Below are positions 54,843 through 61,219 of a DNA stretch of 61,219 nucleotides, piece after piece. Below the pieces are notes generated by a model, which had not been told where the DNA came from, searched no databases, and saw only the letters and a list, made by a program, of their open reading frames with translations. Numbering within the stretch: the stretch's first letter is position 1; the number at the start of each line of letters is the position of its first letter. A program made the position numbers and the translations under genes. Source of the DNA: a virus (Duplodnaviria > Caudoviricetes); the IMG/VR virus record IMGVR_UViG_3300017788_000001, positions 1-61,219 of that record. One strand, 5' to 3'.

Positions 54843-57800
54843 TAGTCAGCTCTCCTTTCAAATAGAAGCTCTAGTTTCTTTATCACGTCTTTGCGACGCT
54901 TGGCTTCCTCTTTCGCTTCCTCTTCAGAGAGTCCACGATCTTGGAAGGAGCCTGATTTCATGATGGAGTCCGCATCAATCAAGCTGGTCACATTGTCCGG
55001 TATCGATGCCTTCTTAATCAAGGCAATGTCCTGTGCCTGCACTTTGTTATCCTTCAAAATGGCCGTAGCCTTTGAAGGGCTGTACCCCATGCCTAGAAGA
55101 GCATCATACGTTTCTTTCAGCTTGAAATAAGCATCCAGCTCCGCCTGCCTCAAATCATCGTACTTGGCAAGAGCCGCGTACGGACCACGTAGTTCCAGTG
55201 TCTCGGCGATCTGGGCACGCCCTTCTTTTTGCAACGTGTCAAGTCTACTGCCCGCAATGAACGACGCCATGCCCGGATCGGCCACGTCCACCCTACCACC
55301 AGTGAACAATACGCTGGCGGCCAGCGCCCTCTCGTGAGGATCGATGTCTGTCACAGGCGTAGCACTCTCCTGATCGAACGCATTCATGACGCCCGGAAGG
55401 AAGCCGTCCACCACCTGAATAGCGGCTTCAGCCGTGCCGTAGTCGGCAGGCAGAGCGTTCTTGAAGGCAAGAGACGTGGCGGGGAACAGGCGTTCCAGCT
55501 TCGTTTTCTTGTTCTTGACAGGATCGTCCGTGAAGACGCTGGCCACGAACTTGGCTGTATCAGCTGTCGTGCGGGGCATGATCCACAGTTCCTTCAAGTG
55601 CTCCATGATTGCCTTAACCTTCACGTCTTCCGAGTCGTCAGATATGGCGATACGAATCATATCGTTCACCGGACCGTTAGGATCGAGACGTGACAGCCGC
55701 AAGAACACAGGATTGCCCTTCTCGTTCTTGCCTAGGTAGATGCCATCGCCGTAACGTCCTTCCGAGTACAGGAGCTTCTTCGCGGCCTCGATGTACTCCT
55801 CGTCATCATCATCGTTCAGCGCCTGAGCCAGTGCCTTGGTAGCGAATGCTGCCCCTGTCGTGGCTGCTGTAGCGCCTGCCAGACGCTTCGCGCCTTCCAG
55901 TGCATAGAGTAGCTTACCTTCAGGTGTCTGCGCTCTAGCGGCCTCTAGGAAGTCCTTGGCGGCCTGTCCATAAGCGTAGCCTGTGCTGCGGAACACGCCT
56001 TGGATGTATGTGGCGTACCACGTCAGAGGGAGCCTTTCAGCTAACTTGACTGCAGGAGCACCGCGCTGGAACGTAATCGTGGTGTCCTTGGTCATGTCAG
56101 CCGCCTGCTGTTCGATCTGTTCCTGTGTCCAGCCCTTACCCTCAGCCTTGTTGATGCGGTCGAGGAACCTCACGCGAGACAGAAACACAGCGGGCTTGAC
56201 CCACGCGTCGGACAAAGCAAACAGCTCAGTGACGAAGTTCTTGGCATTACCTGTCTTATCCGCAGCAGCTCTCAGGAGCTTGTTAGCTTCAGCCAGAGTC
56301 GTTGCCGATTCAAGCTCCACGACTAGCTTCTTGAGGAACTTCGTAGGCGTGGCCCTGAGTTCTTGACCGACCGCTGAATCAAGCAACGTGTACTTCAAGA
56401 ACAGCTCAAGGTCCGCGTCACGCGTCATGGGCGTGATCTTACCTACCACACCGCCCGGGGCAAGCTGATTGTTCAGCATGCGGGCCGACGCCTTCAGCGC
56501 TCTGAGCATGTCATCGGGAGTAGCGCCACCATTCTGCGCAATAACAGACCACGATCCTAGGAAATTAGCTGCTGTATTGAACGGCGAAAGGACGATCTGA
56601 ATGAACTTCTGCAGACTCGAAGTCTTGCGCAGAGCAGTCATCAGCTTGTTACCTGTAGCCTCAGCCGCACGATCCACAGTAGCGTGTGCCTGTGCCAGAG
56701 CGTTGGACAACGGAGTGAATATATCAAGTCCGTCATTCAATGCTGCCGCAATCTCAGGTGTTACACGCATACCGTTGAGTGGACCCCAGTCTTCACCAGT
56801 CAACTCTTCCGTAAATCGAGCATACTCGTCACTACTCCTATACGTCTCTGGATCTACAAACCACTTCTTGTTCCCGTTCTCGTACACTGTAGCCATCATA
56901 CGCATTCTGGAGGCTAGTTCACCCTGCTTCGCCAGAGTGATGGCAATCTTCGTGGGAAGATCTTCGATCTCTCCGAACAGCTGCAAGATTTCATTCGGGA
57001 TGTCCTCACGAGTCTTGAGTATAGAGCGGTCCTGTTTCATGCCTCTGTAATAACTCATCACCGGATTGCTCTGCTCATTCAAACCTAGCAGTCCGTTCAC
57101 AAGATATTCACCCTCCCTCTCCAGCTGATCCTTGTTGACACTCTGTCCAGCAGCTGCGATCTGCGCCTCTGCGAGCGCCCTGTACGCCTGACGCCTGTTA
57201 TGATCACCCTTGATCGACACGTCGTTCCTGATCTGCGTACGCAACTTCTCAGGATTCCCAACCCACAACGAGTACAGATAGTCCAGCTTGTCAAGCGACT
57301 GCTTGGCCAGCATCTCAGGATCGAACACACCGATGTCGTTGTTGATGACAAAGCGCACAGCGTCAGCATAGATCTTGTACGCATGCTTGTACTTGGACGA
57401 CACTTCCTTACCAGCGGCTTTCTGAGCCTTGGCAAGCTTGGCCTCTCTTTCAAGACGACGATTGCGTAGCTCTCCTTCCCTTCCTTGGAACGCAGCAAAG
57501 GTACGGGTGAAGTAGTTGTATCGATTCTTGATGATCGCTGAATACTTGCTAAGCTCCTCTTCCGTCATGGGACGTGGGTCACGCACACGAGCAGCGACGA
57601 TAGCCTTGGACTGTGCAGCGATGTTATCCAGCGCATCTAGCAGAGGACGTAGCTCCTTGTTCTTGTTGACATAAGAAGCAATGTGCTGTCTACGGGCGTC
57701 AACATCCTTGATGTCTGCTGCCTGCTTCAGCATCTGACCCACGTCGCTCTTCACCTGCTGTACGGACTTTCCGAGACGCTTGGCCATCTTCTCCATCCCG

Positions 57801-60800
57801 AACGCTGTGCGGTAGTAGTCACCTTCCGCCACGTAAGCGATGGAAGCAGCCTGCCCTTCCGCAAGCTCCTTGAGGTTGCCCAGCTCACGCCCCAGCACAC
57901 CGAAGCCAGAGAACTGGCCCAGCGCATTCTTTGCCGTGAACACGGACGCCTTGCCCTTCAGGGCTGCCTCGGCTTCCGCCAGAGCGTCAGCGCTAGCGCC
58001 CTTGAACTTGTCGAAGTTCAGGCTAGCCAGAGACAGCGTACGCATAGGCGTAGTCAGGTCGTTGGCAGCGATGATCACATCCCCCTTGTACTGAGGGCGG
58101 ACCATAACATCCAGTTCTTCCTGTGTACGTGAGGAGTTCTCACCAGTGAAGCGCGCTTCGCGCTCGCCTAGGAGGTCTAGATACTTCTGGTAAGTCTTCG
58201 CACGAATAGCCTTAGCTTTGCCGAGCGTGTATGTCACGTTGTTCGTAAGCGTAGAAAACTCATTGACGATGTTCTCGACTTCAGGAGTCTTCATAGGGTC
58301 GGCGTTGATTAGAGCCTTGATCTCTGTTGCTAGTTCACGACGTGTGATAGCACCGGACCTCACATCCGACTTCGCTTTCTCGATCAAATCCTCAGTTATA
58401 GGAGTGAGCCCCCAGCCATTCATCTGTCCGTTCTTTGCAAACACCTTGTGGTACATGTTGCTATACTTGGCTTCAAGCTTGGTGACTAGATCAAGGATCT
58501 TCTGGTCAGCCTTAGTTACGAACTCAGACTGGTTACCACCGCGAGCGAAGTCCTCGGCCGCCTGCACAGCGTGCTGCAACTCATGTAGCACGATGTTCGT
58601 AGCCAGAGTAGGGTCTTGTCTTGAACTCTCCAGCATGCCCTTTCCGAGCATGATCTCACGGCCGACAGCGTTGTCTGCATTACGCAGCTCCCCGTACAGC
58701 TCAGTGTTCTCAACGACAATTGGGATGTCTCCGAACAGGGCGTAATCTCCCGTAAACGCAGGAACGTCAATGATGTCCTTGACCTTTGTAGGAGTACCTG
58801 ATAGCAGACGATCCACAGACTCAGGTGACACGAAAGCACCGTCATCAGAGATGAGCGTCTTTTCCATGTCGTCGTAGTCTACGAACGTCTTGCCCTCTGC
58901 CTTGCGCTTATTGAACGCCGGGTGCCCGGGACCAACAACCATCTGAAGACTGGTGTCCTGCTGCGCAGCCACACTTCCGTTACTGATAGCAATCTCCTCA
59001 ACGAGCTTGTTGGCTAGATAACCAACGTCATTGAGATTGATGTCAGACTTACCAGTGATGTTCTTGTAGCCCGTACGTACGGACGATACGATGTCACGCA
59101 GGGCATTTGTGAGCACGCCTTTACCGGCCCTGTTGCTCATCGCAGCAGAGACGTAGTATGCGGGCAGCTCAAGAGCGAATATAGCCTCGTCGCCATTAGC
59201 GCCTTGTGTAGCGGCGGCGACAGCTGCCTGAGCGTCTGCATCACCCTTACCAGCTAGGTCGACAATCTTCTTGTGGATACGGGCGTTAGCCTCCTCACCG
59301 ATGAAGTGCCGAAGACCCGTAGCACCTTGAGCGCCGGCAACGTCACCAACGTGCTTGGCTTCGTGAGCCGCCACAACCATCAGACTGCCCTTGATGTTTT
59401 CAGGATCAAGCTGATCGGCCATCAGGTACATACGCTCACCGTCGTAGAAGCCCGCGCTGCCGTGCAGCGAAGGATCGTAGTTCGGGAGCTGTGTGGCGTC
59501 ATCAAGAAGTACGAGCTTACCGTCAGCCACCATCTTGCCAAGCGCAGCGGCCTCGCGGCTACTACCAATCTTGGACTGAATGCTGGACACAAGTTGTTCC
59601 GCTCTGCCGCCAGTCGTCTGTTGCCCACGGCTAGCCAGTCCGAATTGACGGATTGCGTCCTCAGACATCTCGGCTTGTGGGGCAGCTGGTTGTGCTGGCT
59701 GCTGTGTGACGACAGGGGCAACGGTTTGCTCGGGCTGCTGAACAGCCGGCTTAGGAGCCACAGTGTCCTTGGTAGGAACAGGGTTAGCCTCTGTCCAAGA
59801 CTTCAGGCCGCTGGCGACGAATCTAGCACGCTGCTCCTGTGGCATGTCCTTCGTGCTTTCCATAAGACGCTTCAGTTCACGCGAGCGGTCGTTTGTGTGC
59901 CTTGTCTTCGCCCTCTTCAGGGCCGCTGCTGCGTCCTTGTCGATGGTCTTCTGCGCTTCTTTAACGAAAGGAGAAAGAGCCGCCTCGTCGACCTTGGCAG
60001 CATCATCACGCGCCTGCTGGGCTTGAAGATCAAGACTCGCCTGACCCTGCTCAGCAGTGAGCGGAGCCGCCGGCTGAACCGGCACTCTCTCAGTGACACC
60101 TGCATAACGCTCAACGCGGTCGCGAGGCAGCGCGGCGTCACGTTCCATAGACATGAAGCCGGCTTCTTGTTCAGCTAGCTTTCTGGCAGCATCTTGTTCC
60201 TGCTGAAGATCACGCTGTGTGTAAGCCGTTTCTATGTCCAGACGCTTGTTAATCTCAGTAATGCGATCCGACGTTGCTCTAGTAGCGTCAGCAGCTCTGC
60301 GTTCGTTTGCACGCTGTCTGATCACAGCGCCGACTTCCGAATCACCACGAGCGACTTCGCGGGCACGACGGCCATTCTCTGCCGCCACTTCTAGCGGAGA
60401 GGTAACGGAACGAATAGCACCGCCTCCTACCATACCAGCCTTGAAGCTACGCCACGTGTCGGCAAATATGTCAGTAGATGCACGACTCTCAGCATAACGG
60501 CTTTCCTGCGCATTGTCTGATCCAGCGAGTATGGTGTTAGCACCTTCCTGAGCAAGTGTAGTTACTGCCTCAGACACACCTTCCTTGAACGCAGTACCGG
60601 CTACATCACCGACAACGCGACGGGTAGTAGTCTGGATAGCTCTACGTCCGCCTAGCTTTGCTAGAGCGCCGCCAGTCGGGATAGCAGAGATACCACCTTC
60701 TACGCCTGCCATGATAGTGGCGCGCTTTTCGGCCAGCTCTCTAGGAAGGCCCGCAGCTCTAGCGGCAGTGTATTCTTGGTTCCACACGTCTGCGGCGGGG

Positions 60801-61219
60801 ATAGTAGAAAATACACCGCCGGGCAGTGACGCAAGAGACGACGGACTACCGGCCACGTCTGCCACTGGCTCAGAGATAGAGCGTAGAAATCCGCTGGACA
60901 TAGACGCACCTAGCTGCTCAGCTCGTGCGCCGGCCTCTTCGCCGCGTCTGTATAGGGCGTACGCCTCCTCACGTCGCGCAGGCTGCTCTGCTACGTAACG
61001 TTCGATCTTAGCCTTCTCACTAGTGGCGTCACGGAACAAAGAACTTCTAGCACGCTCAGCGGCAAGCGCTTCGATCTTCTGCTGCTCTGACATACGAGAG
61101 GTGTCGATCACAGGCTGTGAGCCGGGTAACGCGCTGAATGGTCCCTGATAAAGCCATGATGTTTCTTTGTTAGGCGTGGTCAGAATGTCTGTGTCGGCTG
61201 TGGTGTACTTAGCTGCGCC
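54842..61219 (-). CDS. giant internal virion/ejection-type protein (about 2214 aa with 1..390)
   Basis: Uninterrupted frame; HEAKH and HELQH motifs; LHELQHAVQ..E.FARGG and Y..L.GE.EAR resemble LPD23 of large polyvalent proteins. Confidence 0.8.
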   Translation of the reverse strand, partial: GAAKYTTADTDILTTPNKETSWLYQGPFSALPGSQPVIDTSRMSEQQKIEALAAERARSSLFRDATSEKAKIERYVAEQPARREEAYALYRRGEEAGARAEQLGASMSSGFLRSISEPVADVAGSPSSLASLPGGVFSTIPAADVWNQEYTAARAAGLPRELAEKRATIMAGVEGGISAIPTGGALAKLGGRRAIQTTTRRVVGDVAGTAFKEGVSEAVTTLAQEGANTILAGSDNAQESRYAESRASTDIFADTWRSFKAGMVGGGAIRSVTSPLEVAAENGRRAREVARGDSEVGAVIRQRANERRAADATRATSDRITEINKRLDIETAYTQRDLQQEQDAARKLAEQEAGFMSMERDAALPRDRVERYAGVTERVPVQPAAPLTAEQGQASLDLQAQQARDDAAKVDEAALSPFVKEAQKTIDKDAAAALKRAKTRHTNDRSRELKRLMESTKDMPQEQRARFVASGLKSWTEANPVPTKDTVAPKPAVQQPEQTVAPVVTQQPAQPAAPQAEMSEDAIRQFGLASRGQQTTGGRAEQLVSSIQSKIGSSREAAALGKMVADGKLVLLDDATQLPNYDPSLHGSAGFYDGERMYLMADQLDPENIKGSLMVVAAHEAKHVGDVAGAQGATGLRHFIGEEANARIHKKIVDLAGKGDADAQAAVAAATQGANGDEAIFALELPAYYVSAAMSNRAGKGVLTNALRDIVSSVRTGYKNITGKSDINLNDVGYLANKLVEEIAISNGSVAAQQDTSLQMVVGPGHPAFNKRKAEGKTFVDYDDMEKTLISDDGAFVSPESVDRLLSGTPTKVKDIIDVPAFTGDYALFGDIPIVVENTELYGELRNADNAVGREIMLGKGMLESSRQDPTLATNIVLHELQHAVQAAEDFARGGNQSEFVTKADQKILDLVTKLEAKYSNMYHKVFAKNGQMNGWGLTPITEDLIEKAKSDVRSGAITRRELATEIKALINADPMKTPEVENIVNEFSTLTNNVTYTLGKAKAIRAKTYQKYLDLLGEREARFTGENSSRTQEELDVMVRPQYKGDVIIAANDLTTPMRTLSLASLNFDKFKGASADALAEAEAALKGKASVFTAKNALGQFSGFGVLGRELGNLKELAEGQAASIAYVAEGDYYRTAFGMEKMAKRLGKSVQQVKSDVGQMLKQAADIKDVDARRQHIASYVNKNKELRPLLDALDNIAAQSKAIVAARVRDPRPMTEEELSKYSAIIKNRYNYFTRTFAAFQGREGELRNRRLEREAKLAKAQKAAGKEVSSKYKHAYKIYADAVRFVINNDIGVFDPEMLAKQSLDKLDYLYSLWVGNPEKLRTQIRNDVSIKGDHNRRQAYRALAEAQIAAAGQSVNKDQLEREGEYLVNGLLGLNEQSNPVMSYYRGMKQDRSILKTREDIPNEILQLFGEIEDLPTKIAITLAKQGELASRMRMMATVYENGNKKWFVDPETYRSSDEYARFTEELTGEDWGPLNGMRVTPEIAAALNDGLDIFTPLSNALAQAHATVDRAAEATGNKLMTALRKTSSLQKFIQIVLSPFNTAANFLGSWSVIAQNGGATPDDMLRALKASARMLNNQLAPGGVVGKITPMTRDADLELFLKYTLLDSAVGQELRATPTKFLKKLVVELESATTLAEANKLLRAAADKTGNAKNFVTELFALSDAWVKPAVFLSRVRFLDRINKAEGKGWTQEQIEQQAADMTKDTTITFQRGAPAVKLAERLPLTWYATYIQGVFRSTGYAYGQAAKDFLEAARAQTPEGKLLYALEGAKRLAGATAATTGAAFATKALAQALNDDDDEEYIEAAKKLLYSEGRYGDGIYLGKNEKGNPVFLRLSRLDPNGPVNDMIRIAISDDSEDVKVKAIMEHLKELWIMPRTTADTAKFVASVFTDDPVKNKKTKLERLFPATSLAFKNALPADYGTAEAAIQVVDGFLPGVMNAFDQESATPVTDIDPHERALAASVLFTGGRVDVADPGMASFIAGSRLDTLQKEGRAQIAETLELRGPYAALAKYDDLRQAELDAYFKLKETYDALLGMGYSPSKATAILKDNKVQAQDIALIKKASIPDNVTSLIDADSIMKSGSFQDRGLSEEEAKEEAKRRKDVIKKLELLFERRAD
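61097..61219. repeat. 123-bp direct terminal repeat (copy 2)
   Basis: Identical to 1-123. Confidence 0.95.

Noticed and set aside
54842-61219. N4-like virion RNA polymerase, suggested by the N4-gp56-type capsid
   Set aside because: Much shorter than N4 vRNAP, and I could not find single-subunit RNAP motifs

Overview
The window is an apparently complete, circularly assembled ~61.1-kb genome of a lytic podovirus-like dsDNA phage of a Gram-negative host. Bases 1-123 equal 61097-61219, and one gene reads through that junction. Minus-strand late arm (52.6-61.2 kb joined to 1-19.4 kb): spanins, a holin-like gene, a ~2214-aa ejection-type protein, internal virion and tail proteins, N4-gp56-type major capsid protein, scaffold, portal, terminase, lysozyme and fibres. 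Plus-strand early/middle arm (20-52.7 kb): many small genes, a phiEco32/LUZ24-type amidoligase/ATP-grasp/glutamine amidotransferase cluster, primase, DnaB-like helicase, family A DNA polymerase, SSB, class II ribonucleotide reductase, nucleases, an RNA ligase and five tRNAs. Group I introns carrying LAGLIDADG endonucleases interrupt the capsid and RNR genes. Main observations: (1) a small exported peptide whose duplicated core TGGNLPP matches the repeated motif of the phage's own predicted virion-internal protein, a candidate decoy or superinfection-exclusion system; (2) a capsid intron whose in-frame 3' splice site ends in C rather than omega-G; (3) apparent AUA/AUC start codons together with a chimeric Ile2/initiator-like tRNA(CAT); (4) a candidate -1 frameshift in an HNH gene; (5) about 14 copies of a 15-bp palindrome plus a phased TTAA-N7-TTAA array in the early region; (6) several unannotated structured or tRNA-like RNAs. 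All calls come from reading motifs by eye; no searches or folding programs were run.
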